NCBI GenBank assembly: GCA_002269645.1
Contig: NIVC01001700.1
Span: forward strand, 77,923 to 141,922
DNA from: Macrostomum lignano
Taxonomy: Eukaryota
Direction: 5' to 3'
Length of the DNA stretch: 64,000 nt
Shown in pieces: positions 12,441 through 24,589 of the stretch (positions are counted from its first letter, which is position 1; every line of letters begins with the position of its first letter). A model generated the notes under the pieces. That model was not told where the DNA came from, made no database searches, and saw nothing but the letters and a program-made list of their open reading frames with translations. Made by a program: the position numbers and the translations under genes.

Positions 12441-12903
12441 TGTTCTTATTCCACAGTTTCCGATAAATTTTCGATACATATTTTGCGTAAGAACTACCGC
12501 CATACCAGTTCGTCAGTAGTCTTGAGAGAAAATGGACTATATTCTTTGAAAATATCTAAATTTTGTCGACTAAATTGACTCCATTGTTTGAAGGAATTAA
12601 AAAATGATATCCATCAAAAGTTCTCACAGAAAATAAAGCAGTGCTAGTCTAGTCTAATCTTTAATTGAAACTGGTTCTGTATTTTTACAGCCAAAAACAA
12701 TGATTGAAAAAGCCATTATCAGTTTCTTAATCCTCAAATCGTTCGCAATTCGATTCCTCTATCGTCCTTTACCTATTTTGAAATTGTCTGAACCGCTAAC
12801 CCTAATGGGGTCCCTACGTGAGGACCTAACTTTTGTGTTGAGTGTCATTAATTGGCTTCTGACTTTGCCTGTGCGCCTCGTCTATTCCCCCAGTGTTAAA
12901 TGA

Positions 12904-13309
12904 GCGGAGATAATCAGTAGCGTAACTCCGCTACCATAGACAAAGCAACGCAAAGCAAAGCAACATGGCTAGGGGAGATAATTCATTGTTTAGCAATTTG
13001 ACGATCATTATTCACATTTTTAATGCAGAACAATCCATTACTACAAGCAATGCATTGTCTGTAGGATCGTCAAACAGAAAAACAATGCAAAGAATCAGCG
13101 GTCGCAGCACGTGACAACGATTTGTCTCGTTGTCTCGCTCGTCAGACAATCGTTGTCACGCACTGGGACCGCTGATTATTTATCCATTATCTCCGGCGGA
13201 GATAAGGCGTTATATTTGGGTCGCACATGCCGTGGATTACTTAACAAAGTATCGTCTGATACGAGGAGATGAGCCATAGACAATCTCCTCGTATCAGGCG
13301 ATTCTTGTT
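12904..13309. mobile_element. Cluster of palindromic MITE-like sequence with two long hairpins
   Basis: CGGAGATAAT (12905) and ATTATCTCCG (13186-13195) form inverted termini. Internal hairpin at 13093-13177 (~34-bp stem). Second hairpin at 13253-13300 (18-bp stem). Confidence 0.5.
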
Positions 13310-13763
13310 TATGTATTTATTTATATATTAACCAGAGAAATCATTCTTAGTTTGATTGAGTAGCTTTTTATTCAATTCAGGAGAATTTCTGGTAAATTCT
13401 CAAAAAATAGCGTCTATGTCCTTAAGAAACTGAACTCAAATTTACGAGCTATAAGCAACCCATGTCGGCTTTTTCGCACAAGTGCCGAAAAACAGCGGTC
13501 GCGCTTTCCCTATTACCGCCATACAAAGTGGCCTATCTAGGGAATATAAGATCTATGCCCACCCCTAACCATAGCAGCGCTTCCTCAAACTCCAAAATTA
13601 CTGTTAAGAATACTGCAGCCAATGGCCGTGTCTTGAGGACAGGTGACACTCTGATTGGGCAATAGTAAACAGCATAAAAAGGAAAAATATCAAAAAGCAG
13701 AGATTAAGCAAACAGGGCGATGTTTTGCGTTTGGACTGCTGCAAGACAACCGCCACAATTGCA

Positions 13764-16700
13764 ATGCTCTGCGCTTCGCTATTTTGGTCTGCCATCTCTG
13801 CTGCAGCTGCACTGACGACAGGTGATTTCGGATCTAATAGAAGGTGTTTAATCAAGGCAACGGATTAAAATGCATGCCCTTTGGAAGCTGATAGACAAAT
13901 ATACTTAGATTTCTGACTCTGCAAATATTAACAAAGTACCGCATTAGATTTGAATATCAGAAGTCAGTTTGACATTAGTTTGTGGAACAAATTATACCAC
14001 TATATATTAATTAATCTAGAGAACTTTCACGTTAGCCGTAGTAAGCCAGCCAGAGGCTTGGTGAAGCTTTGGTAAACAATTACAAACAGTATTGAGAAAT
14101 CATTGTATCTACACTTTTACCCAGACATAGTAGCAATCAATCAGATATCAGCTACATACTTAACAATCTGCCATTATTCAACTCAGCTACATACTTAACA
14201 ATCTGCCATTATTCAACTCAGCTTCCTACTGAACAATCTGCCATTATTCAACTCAGCTTCCTACTGAACAATCTGCCATTATTCAACTCAGCTACATACT
14301 GAAAAATCTGCCATTATTCAACTCAGCTACATACTGAACAATCTGCCATTATTCAACTCAGCTACATACTGAACAATCTGCCATTATTCAACTCAGCTAC
14401 ATACTGAACAATCTGCCATTATTCACTCAGCTACATACTGAACAATCTGCCATTATTCAACTCAGCTACATACTGAACAATCTGCCATTATTTAACTCAG
14501 CTACATACTGAACAATCTGCCATTATTCACTCAGCTACATACTGAACAATCTGCCATTATTCAACTCAGCTACATACTGAACAATCTGCCATTATTCAAC
14601 TCAGCTTCCTACTGAACAATCTGCCATTATTCAACTCAGCTACACACTTGAACAATCTGCCATTATTCAACTCAGCTACACACTGAACAATCTGCCATTA
14701 TTCACTCAGCTACATACTGAACAATCTGCCATTATTCACATCAGCTACATACTGAATAATCTGCAATTATTCAACTCAGCTACATACTGAACAATCTGCC
14801 ATTATTCACATCAGCTACATACTGAACAATCTGCAATTATTCAACTCAGCTACATACTGAACAATCTGCCATTATTCAACTCAGCTACATACTGAACAAT
14901 CTGCCATTATTCAACTCAGCTACACACTGAACAATCTGCCATTATTCAACTCAGCTACATACTGAACAATCTGCCATTATTCAACTCAGCTACATACTGA
15001 ACAATCTGCCATTATTCAACTCAGCTACATACTGAACAATCTGCCATTATTCAACTCAGCTACATACTGAACAATCTGCCATTATTTAACTCAGCTACAT
15101 ACTGAACAATCTGCCATTATTTAACTCAGCTACATACTGAACAATCTGCCATTATTCACTCAGCTACATACTGAACAATCTGCCATTATTCAACTCAGCT
15201 ACATACTGAACAATCTGCCATTATTCAACTCAGCTTCCTACTGAACAATCTGCCATTATTCAACTCAGCTACATACTGAAAAATCTGCCATTATTCAACT
15301 CAGCTACATACTGAACAATCTGCCATTATTCAACTCAGCTACATACTGAACAATCTGCCATTATTCAACTCAGCTACATACTGAACAATCTGCCATTATT
15401 CAACTCAGCTACATACTGAACAATCTGCCATTATTCACTCAGCTACATACTGAACAATCTGCCATTATTCAACTCAGCTACATACTGAACAATCTGCCAT
15501 TATTCAACTCAGCTACATACTGAACAATCTGCCATTATTCACTCAGCTACATACTGAACAATCTGCCATTATTCAACTCAGCTACATACTGAACAATCTG
15601 CCATTATTCAACTCAGCTTCCTACTGAACAATCTGCCATTATTCAACTCAGCTACACACTTGAACAATCTGCCATTATTCAACTCAGCTACACACTGAAC
15701 AATCTGCCATTATTCACTCAGCTACATACTGAACAATCTGCCATTATTCACATCAGCTACATACTGAATAATCTGCAATTATTCAACTCAGCTACATACT
15801 GAACAATCTGCCATTATTCACATCAGCTACATACTGAACAATCTGCAATTATTCAACTCAGCTACATACTGAACAATCTGCCATTATTCAACTCAGCTAC
15901 ATACTGAACAATCTGCCATTATTCAACTCAGCTACACACTGAACAATCTGCCATTATTCAACTCAGCTACATACTGAACAATCTGCCATTATTCAACTCA
16001 GCTACATACTGAACAATCTGCCATTATTCAACTCAGCTACATACTGAACAATCTGCCATTATTCAACTCAGCTACATACTGAACAATCTGCCATTATTTA
16101 ACTCAGCTACATACTGAACAATCTGCCATTATTTAACTCAGCTACATACTGAACAATCTGCCATTATTCACTCAGCTACATACTGAACAATCTGCCATTA
16201 TTCAACTCAGCTACATACTGAACAATCTGCCATTATTCAACTCAGCTTCCTACTGAACAATCTGCCATTATTCAACTCAGCTACATACTGAAAAATCTGC
16301 CATTATTCAACTCAGCTACATACTGAACAATCTGCCATTATTCAACTCAGCTACATACTGAACAATCTGCCATTATTCAACTCAGCTACATACTGAACAA
16401 TCTGCCATTATTCACTCAGCTACATACTGAACAATCTGCCATTATTCAACTCAGCTACATACTGAACAATCTGCCATTATTCAACTCAGCTACATACTGA
16501 ACAATCTGCCATTATTCAACTCAGCTACATACTGAACAATCTGCCATTATTCAACTCAGCTACATACTGAACAATCTGCCATTATTTACTCAGCTACACA
16601 CTGGAGGCTGTAAGACGTCAGTTGACAAACGTCTGGCTTATTCCAACCTTTCCAACCCCACTGTCACGAATCTTTTAAGTTACGGTGAGGTCAGGAAAAG

Positions 16701-19700
16701 AGCTGCTCATGACTGAGTTGCCCCAAAGAGGGTCGCGGATCTGTGAGCACAGAACCCATCTGGCTTGACCAGCCGGTGCCCTCTGACGAACAACTTCCGG
16801 GATAGTGAACTGGGGTTCAAGCGGAATCTGGGTCTGTACTATCAGCTTACATTCAACCCCATCAGCCCATGACATTTCCTTGAGGGAGTCCTACTCACAC
16901 GCCAGCTCTACTCAAGACCTGTCTGGGAGCTACTAGCTAGGCAGGCAACTCAACCCGAGAGCGCTTCCGGTTCTCATATATTGGCTCGATCGTATAGGAA
17001 AGCAACAGACCTTAGCAACCAGATCCCACTGAATTCTCCTCTCCCCATTCTTGCGCCCCACTCCACTCCACTCCACTCTATGGGATCAATTTACTCCCTT
17101 CTGACTGGGCGGTCTTCTTTCATCTATTATAATTCCCCGCTCTAATATGAGCTCTATCGCGTAGACTGGGAGTAATGGAAAGCGAATGCCCAATTTCAGC
17201 AAGAGAGAAAAAGGCCCCAGGGTACTCGGGTTTATTAGCACAAAGCCCTCTATAGGAACCTGCAGGTTAATTGTGCATAGAAGTTTTTGAACAAGTTCAG
17301 CTTGTACTTTAAAAGAACTCGTATTTAATTTTTAGCCCTCGCTGACAGCAACGGATGGCCCGAGTGCAGCCCAGGCTCCAGGGACACCTGCTTCGCCAAA
17401 TCCATGCCAAAAAGTTTAATAAGCCAGGAGTTGCAGCTGGTTGTGCTGCGCTGCGTTGTGCGAAACCTTGGCGGCAGAATGGTGAGAAATATTGCCGCAA
17501 TTGCTCAAATTCCAATGGCAGCTAATTGAAAACACAGCTCACTCTGGTTGCAGTCAGAAACATGCACAGCTCACTCTGTGTCGTATGACTGTCGCTCCGC
17601 AGGTCACCTGGATGAAGAACGATGGCGTGGACATCCCTCTGACGGTCGGCCGGTCCGTTTTCACCCCCGATAGACGCGTGTCGATTGACGCCGACATGGC
17701 AGAGGACGAATGGCGCCTGTTGATTCAGCGAGCCCAGCCCAGAGACTCGGGTAGATACCTGTGCCACGTGAGCGGCGGCGGCGCCAGGCCCTTGGTCGCC
17801 GAGTTTGCACTTTTAGTCACTGGTGGGCTGTCGAACTCTTTGTGTTTTTGAGAATTTATAAACTGCCAGAACCGAACCAAAGTCCCATATAACATCCGAA
17901 TTCCAAACCTCTTCAGAGATCAGCGGAAAAGAGAGTTCTGAAGTTGCGAGAAACTCCCAACAAAAAATTGAAGGTAAGTAAAACTTTTGAATGTGGAGAG
18001 ATGCATCAGGTGTATGACTGATGACTGCTCACAATGATGGGCTTTTGTTGATGCAAGAAGGCCGAATCTGACCCAACTGAGCCCAATGCACCCCTTTAGC
18101 AATCTATCCAGTAGTAAGTAAACCAGCTTCGATTTCAACAGATCTCTTAACTGCATCGATTCCAGTCTCCATCAACATCAGCGGCCCCTCGTCAGCTGAA
18201 ATTGGCGATCAGCACCTGTCATTTACCTGCACAGCGGCTGTAGCGCAATCAGGCAGCGGCAAAACTCTGTTCTGGCGACATCGCGGCGCCGACGCTCGGC
18301 ACCAGGCCGGGGTTGACATCTCCGAGAGCTGGAGCGTCGATGGGGGCCGCACTCTCACCAGCGTGCTTACCATCGCCGCTGTAGGGATAGAGCACGCGGG
18401 AGACTGGGCCTGCTGCTTGATGGAGCCGCCTGCGGCAGCGGTGCATTGGCTCACCGTCACAGGTTGGTGGTAAATTTCGTGGCATAGCACCAAAGATCAG
18501 AGAATATTGAGCATTTGATGCGAGCTAGATTTCTGCGCATATTCAACATCGGCATTTCCCGCAACTATCTGTACTTTCCGAATATGTTGCCGTTGGCGTT
18601 AGGTGCACGCAGCCCTTCTGAAGTTATTATTAATATAGTTTATTATTAATAAACTAGAAACCGCATATCACTTGCCAGTTGCCACTAGTAACTGTTTTTC
18701 TCCAATACATGTAGTGGAATTTTCTTAATTAAAATCGGCACACTTCTAAACCAATTTTTCCGAATAAGCGCGCACCAAATGTGCATATAAGTATTGGAAA
18801 ATTCAGATGGTCAGAAGTAGGCTTTTTAATGCAGTTTGCAGAATAATGCAAAAAACAGTTTGCGCCACATTACCATTCTCTTGATACTTTATTGACAGTA
18901 GAAGTTGCAGAATATTACATTCATAAAATTAATTATCCTAGGTTAGGAATAAATAAAGTACACCGACCTTTTAACCGATCAATTCTACTCAGTTTGGGTG
19001 GCTTTTCATCAAGATCTATGGTTTCGGTGGCTTTTCATCAAGATCTATGGTTTCGGTGGCTTTTCATCAAGATCGATGGTTTCGGTGGCTTTTCATCAAG
19101 ATCGATGGTTTCGGTGGCTTTTCATCAAGATCTATGGTTTCGGTGGCTTTTCATCAAGATCTATGGTTTCGGTGGCTTTTCATCAAGATCTATGGTTTCG
19201 GTGGCTTTTCATCAAGATCTATGGTTTCGGTGGCTTTTCATCAAGATCTATGGTTTCGGTGGCTTTTCATCAAGATCTATGGTTTCGGTGGCTTTTCATC
19301 AAGATCTATGGTTTCGGTGGCTTTTCATCAAGATCTATGGTTTCGGTGGCTTTTCATCAAGATCTATGGTTTCGGTGGCTTTTCATCAAGATCTATGGTT
19401 TCGGTGGCTTTTCATCAAGATCTATGGTTTCGGTGGCTTTTCATCAAGATCTATGGTTTCGGTGGCTTTTCATCAAGATCTATGGTTTCGGTGGCTTTTC
19501 ATCAAGATCTATGGTTTCGGTGGCTTTTCATCAAGATCGATGGTTTCGGTGGCTTTTCATCAAGATCTATGGTTTCGGTGGCTTTTCATCAAGATCTATG
19601 GTTTCGGTGGCTTTTCATCAAGATCTATGGTTTCGGTGGCTTTTGATCAAGATCTATGGTTTCGGTGGCTTTTCATCAAGATCTATGGTTTCGGTGGCTT

Positions 19701-20454
19701 TTCATCAAGATCTATGGTTTCGGTGGCTTTTCATCAAGATCTATGGTTTCGGTGGCTTTTCATCAAGATCTATGGTTTCGGTGGCTTTTCATCAAGATCG
19801 ATGGTTTCGGTGGCTTTATTCCGTTAGGCTGACAAAAGCAATAAATTACGTCGTAGAATAAGGAGATGAACGCTCGTGGGTCACTCACAAAAATGCACTT
19901 ATCTACCCTTTATAATAGTGATATTAAAATTGATGTAGTTTGACTAGATATTTAGTTCTTGAAGCTGCAAAAATCGTCTTTGCCTTTCTACAAGCAGACC
20001 CATTAAATTAACATCTCTGCCCTGTTTTACCAATTTAAAAAGAAATGAATTAAAGACTTACTTTTCATAATTTCAATTGTGAGTGACACATCTCGCTCGG
20101 TATTCTATTTATCTGTGGATTGGTCCAGAGCTTAAAGTTGAGCTTCATGCCCCCGGTGCTGAAGCTTTCGGAGATTTGGAGACAGAATATTCGGAGGTTA
20201 ACTACTCTAATAAAATGTTTAAGACTCTGCAAACTTATCTTTGGCGTTAATAACCTCACCGAAAAATGGAGTTTTAAGTAAACTTGCACTAATTGCATCA
20301 AATTATTTCAGAACTTCCGAAGAAGAGACAGCGCCATCAGCAGAGACACCAGTTTGCGCTCAGTTCAACGAATTTGAACCTGCACAGCATCTCTAAACTC
20401 CATTCTATTGTGGCCTGCCTGTGCTCACTACTGGCTTTGCTGCAGTGGTGTTAA
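13764..20454 (+). CDS. Dpr/DIP-like two-Ig-domain cell-surface protein, probably GPI-anchored; exons 13764-13821, 17336-17481, 17603-17822, 18166-18462, 20312-20454
   Basis: All junctions are GT-AG and phase-compatible (1,0,1,1). The join gives signal peptide MLCASLFWSAISAAAALTT, Ig1 (LRCVVRNLGGRM|VTW...LTVG...W.LLI...Q.RDSGRYLCHVS), Ig2 (LSFTC...LFW...SVLTI...HAGDWAC) and hydrophobic tail SIVACLCSLLALLQWC*. Exon 1 is the least certain. Confidence 0.8.
14146..16600. repeat. Satellite, 35-bp unit ACTCAGCTACATACTGAACAATCTGCCATTATTCA, ~70 copies, with ~1012-bp higher-order duplication (intron 1 of the Dpr-like gene)
   Basis: Monomer period 35. Rare variants recur about 1012 bp apart. Confidence 0.95.
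18997..19815. repeat. Minisatellite, 29-bp unit TTTTCATCAAGATCTATGGTTTCGGTGGC, ~28 copies (intronic)
   Basis: Direct reading; it lies between exons 4 and 5 of the Dpr-like gene. Confidence 0.95.
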
Positions 20455-20778
20455 ACTTCTCACAACTCAAATGAGGATTTATTAATTGAGGATTGCATTC
20501 TGTAAAAACCTCCCACTCTGTAATAATCTTGCTCTCTACTCGTAAAACTTTCTGGGAGGCAGTTTTATCAGAATCAAAACGATATGAGCTGCTACCTTAT
20601 TATGGCGTACTTGCCAAGACTGATGAATGATAGAGACCGATAGTAAAAGAAGAACGCTGTCCTATGCAATTTTACTTTTTGTAGTGTAAACGCTTTACAT
20701 CAAGTAGAGTTCACCATGGAGATAATCTCTGTAAAAAATAATCCGATTAGAAAAATTAACTGGCTATGAGTTCTATTA

Positions 20779-21136
20779 GGGGTCCGTAGCCCAGCTGTCT
20801 AGCGTGGCGCTCTGATGTGCCAGCGGCCCGGGCTCGATTCCCAGTGCAGTCAACATTAATTTAGGGCTGAATTGGAATCTCGGCTTGGCTCTGCTCGTGC
20901 AATTAAAGGCCTTGAGGGCCAACCCCCAAGGCACAGTGAAGTGTACATGCCTAACGATAAATAAAGTTAGGACCGCTGTGCACTCCTGTGTGAGTGTGTG
21001 CCTGTGCGTATGACTGCGTACGTATCCGCGCGCGCTTGTGTGCCTGCTCAGGGAAGTCGGCGGAATGGGCAGTAATGCCTCTCGCCGGCTGTGTGACAAT
21101 GTCGCTTAAAGTGCGCCAGGGTGCACACAACCCCCC
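20779..21136 (+). mobile_element. tRNA-derived SINE, family A, copy 2
   Basis: A-box TAGCCCAGCTG and B-box GGCTCGATTCC; the body matches 9770-10130. Confidence 0.8.
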
Positions 21137-21335
21137 TGCCTCTAATTACAAAATGAATTAATTCCATGTAAGTTGATGCGTTTCATTGTCTTAACTTAAC
21201 GTACTGCGATTGGTGGAAATGAATATTTAGAAGTCGAAAGAGTTGCAAAGATGGTCAAGCAACTACGAGCATATTTTGCGTGTAGAGATGCTTGCCTATG
21301 GCAGACAGAAGCTCCAAAGTGAAAATAATAGTATA

Positions 21336-23218
21336 CAGCATTTTACGTCCTATTTTGAACAAGTCTTGTTCAAAAGAAACGAGCAGAACTTCCATTCAAA
21401 AATTTAAAGAAATAACAGCCCTTGCGGAAATTCAAATCAATCAAAGTCCCTTTCTATTGAAACGGAAGAACTTCAATTCAGACTTGGCCAAAATTGTCGA
21501 GTGACGCGCATGCGCAGATTTGAAATTCAAAATAAACAAATGTAGTGACTGGCTGCTATCTGGCTATTCAGCAGCATTCACTAGCTTTCCTTAAGGGTGC
21601 TGTGATCCGCTGCACAGTATCTCAGTCCACCTGAGCTAGTGAGAGAGTTACCCTGTGCTGGGCCTAAGTGTTTACTGCCCAATGACTCATCGCCTGAGCG
21701 GGCGCGGGCAGCCACACTCAATGTCTTCCCACTCGCGCTGAGGAGGCGTAGCAGGATGACTCATCACCTGCGCGGAGTGTAAGGGCTGCCTAGAGGGAGT
21801 AAACAGGATGACTCATCCGCCCACGATTCTATTTTTAGCACAGACTAAGCACGTGACTGTGCACGCACTCTGTGCGTGACCACTGACCTTGAGTCACGCC
21901 ACTGCTGCGTGACAAGGTTGCCTTATTTGGAAGTTGGCCTTGGATCACGCGTCGTTCGCATGATTCCAATGCCCAAATAAGGAAGTTTCACGCGCTCACC
22001 GCATGAAACTCACGTGACTTTTGGGGGTCAGCTCGGCTATAAATACGGAGCATCTGCGAGCCATTTTTCTCCAGACTGCGTCGTCTCGCGGAGCATTGTG
22101 GCTAACTCGTGTAGCCTCTGCCTCTGAGCTCTCCTCTCTCATTTCAGGTTTTACAGGTTACAGGTTCGAGCAGCATTCAACTAAGACGATCGACTGTCGA
22201 GACATTTTTCAGATTTGCCTTTGCTCCGAGCGACTTTGTTAATTTTCTTTCAGGTGACGGATAGACAACTCTGCCGACGCGTCGAGTCCGCACACCAAGG
22301 TGGCAGCAACCCTACCAAGTAACGGCACGTTTTAGGTTCATTTTCAGGCAAATCGTTAGGACCGAAGCAAAGGGTCGATTGTTACACAAAGTCACATTCT
22401 ATTTCGACAAAGGGATAAAACACAGCATATCGACGGACATAAGAGTAAAATGAAAAACAGGAACAAGACAGTGTCAGTTGGCCAACTTGAGACACCTAAC
22501 CATCAATTGCCAGTTCTCTCTTCAGAGCGGCCTTCCAACAGGAGAGCGGCCTTCCACAGGACTGAAAAATGAACTGTATGGTGGAAGCCGCTTGACCTGA
22601 ATGGAGTCCGGAATCTCGTAGGTCCGGAATCTTTTCCGCTCTCCCTGACCTCAATCGTGTACGCTGTTGACCTCTTGACTCCAAGTTGGCGCGCCAGTTT
22701 CACAAAGTAATCCCCACGATCAGCAGCCCTGATGATACGGTCTCTGTCACTGTTGCTTAAACAATAGCGCACTGCCGAGGCTGCTGTTCCATGATATCTT
22801 CATCGAACTCTGCTTCAAATTCATCGATTCCATCTTCTTCCAGCAATTCATCGTCTTCTTCAATCTTATCTTCAGGATTCATATCGTTTCTTATTGCGCA
22901 ACGATTGTACAGTTATGCAGTACAGGAAAAAAAAGTTAGATTAATGTACTAAAAATGTACTCGTATCTAAATGTATGTGCAAAAATCACTGTCGAAACAG
23001 AATGTGACTTTCTTTTGAATTTCAAATCTGCGCATGCGCGTCACTCAGGGACAACTTTGGCCACAGACAGTCTGAATTGAAGTTCTTCCGTTTCAATAGA
23101 AAGGGACTTTGTTTGAATTGAATTTCCGCAAGGGCTGCTATTTCTTTAAATGTTTAAATGGAAGTTCTGCTTGTTTCTTTTGAACAAGACTTTGTTCAAA
23201 ATAGGAGGTAAAATGGTG
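21336..23218 (-). mobile_element. Tc1/mariner (IS630-Tc1-mariner)-like DNA transposon, internally deleted, ~200-bp TIRs, TA target duplication
   Basis: 21336-21531 is the reverse complement of about 23014-23218. The ends read TA|CAGCATTTTAC and GTAAAATGGTG|TA. A minus-strand remnant at 22503-22772 (SDRDRIIRAADRGDYFVKLARQLGVKRSTAYTI) is a transposase-type HTH; no DDE region is visible. Confidence 0.85.
21683..22045 (+). promoter_or_regulatory. Promoter-like cassette inside the transposon: 4 AP-1 sites, 2 CArG boxes, 2 E-boxes, CCAAT, TATA
   Basis: TGACTCA at 21683, 21757 and 21809; TGAGTCA at 21890; CACGTG at 21850 and 22011; CCTTATTTGG at 21921; CCAAATAAGG at 21973; CCAAT at 21966; TATAAATA at 22038. 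Confidence 0.6.
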
Positions 23219-23902
23219 TATTAGTTTGAATCTTTTGGCGAAAATGCGATGAAAATCGGTCAAGAATTGCAATCTCTAGAGCGTTATGGACAAGCTTTGT
23301 GCAAACAGTCATCTAGCGTTCCAACTGCCGTCACAATTATTGGCCAGCCTGATAAATCCGGCCCGACGATCGTTTTGGAGAAAAACGGGGCTAAATGTTA
23401 CGTTTATATGCGAGTGCGAAAAGGACGCTTTGCAAAAGTTGAGTTTGGCTCTGGACTCTGACTGCTTTGTTTGATTTGTTTGTTTTTTGTTTATTTGGTT
23501 GAAATACATGAAATGAAAATAATCCATTATAGGCCCGACTTTTCGGGTCAAAATGAAATCGTCTATGGCAATAATCGAATATCAGCCCGCCCGATAGCCA
23601 CGTAGTCATGGTACAATGAAGAAGTCTCATTTTCTACGATCCGTTATAATCACCAAAAATTAAGCTGTTTTCTGATTTTGACGACGCGAACTTACGCGAC
23701 AGAATGTCAACTGTGGCTCTACCCGACCAGCAGACGGTATTCCACTTGCCCAAGCAGCAGGAACGACCCGAGACTCCGTTAGGTAAGAATCGACTTGATA
23801 AAAAAATATGGAAGCACTTACCAACCAAGTTAAACTTCAATTCGATAGGTTCTGGTAAGTTCTTATGGCTTTATTAGTCGTAGTCTATATTATTTTCCTC
23901 AA

Positions 23903-23978
23903 ATACGTGTAGCTTAGTCGGTAGAGCATCAGACTTTTAATCTGAAGGTCCAGGGTTCGAGTTCCTGTTCGGGCGCCA
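23903..23978 (+). pseudogene. tRNA-Lys(UUU) pseudogene, 5' acceptor strand replaced, genomically encoded CCA
   Basis: From nt 8 it reads TAGCTTAGTCGGTAGAGCATCAGAC-TTT-TAATCTGAAGGTCCAGGGTTCGAGTTCCTGTTCGGGCG-CCA. This has about 4 differences from the canonical metazoan tRNA-Lys(UUU) as I recall it. The first 7 nt (ATACGTG) cannot pair with TTCGGGC. Confidence 0.85.
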
Positions 23979-24007
23979 TTTAGAAAAAAATTAGATAGAC
24001 TACTACT

Positions 24008-24324
24008 TGAGAGTTAAAACCAAAACAATGAAAACAGACAGTAAGTGGGGCTCAGGACCCAAATAAGTGTATTTATAGGACGGTAAAATAGGGGGCGGGG
24101 GTAGGGGAAGAAAGAAAAGGAGGGGCGAAGTGCGCGACTAAGGAAAGATGCGAGATTAAAGAGCCAATCAGAAGGCAGCGAGGGAGAGAGATAAGAAAAT
24201 AAAAAGATTAAACGAGAGAGAGAGAGAGAGAAAGAGAAAACTGAGTAGACAGAGACAAGTGCAGATGAGCTAAGAAACTTCTTAGAAAGTCGAGACATAA
24301 GTCGCTTAAATTTATTCTTTGTCA
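24008..24324 (-). mobile_element. Possible short LTR-like segment
   Basis: On minus it runs TGACA...CTCTCA with a GC box, ATTGG and TATAAATA (24077-24070). No TSD was found. Confidence 0.3.
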
Positions 24325-24589
24325 AATAATCTTCCCAACCTTAACCCTCTATTCCTCAGTCATTGTGGTTGCTTTTTAATCTACATTAAATTTTTCAAGT
24401 TTAACTTTAAGCTACGCGTGAAAGCTGGGTGGATTTCATGTGAAAACTACCACTAGTCCCTGTCACTGGGCTCTGCCTTAGTGCAGCATCATGCATGACT
24501 CAAGGTAGCCAGGTGTAAAAGTAACGCCTGCAGATGCAACCGCACCAACAACAACAGAGTCAATCAGGCGGTTCGGCACCTATCAGCAG

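Noticed and set aside
10851-12519. ORFs (LPDASAGS)n, (MLQLAPFL)n and the Pro/Ser/Leu-rich ORF
   Set aside because: Translations of stop-free tandem repeats, with no splice or domain support.
14146-16600. 35-bp repeat as a CRISPR array
   Set aside because: The units are head-to-tail with no unique spacers, there are no cas genes, and the context is a eukaryotic intron.
16662-17242. Solo LTR (TGTCACG...GCACA)
   Set aside because: No target-site duplication, PBS or PPT could be found.
18892-19861. Three long overlapping plus-strand ORFs
   Set aside because: All three frames read through the same 29-bp intronic repeat.
23903-23975. Functional tRNA-Lys gene
   Set aside because: The acceptor stem cannot pair and CCA is encoded; reported as a pseudogene.
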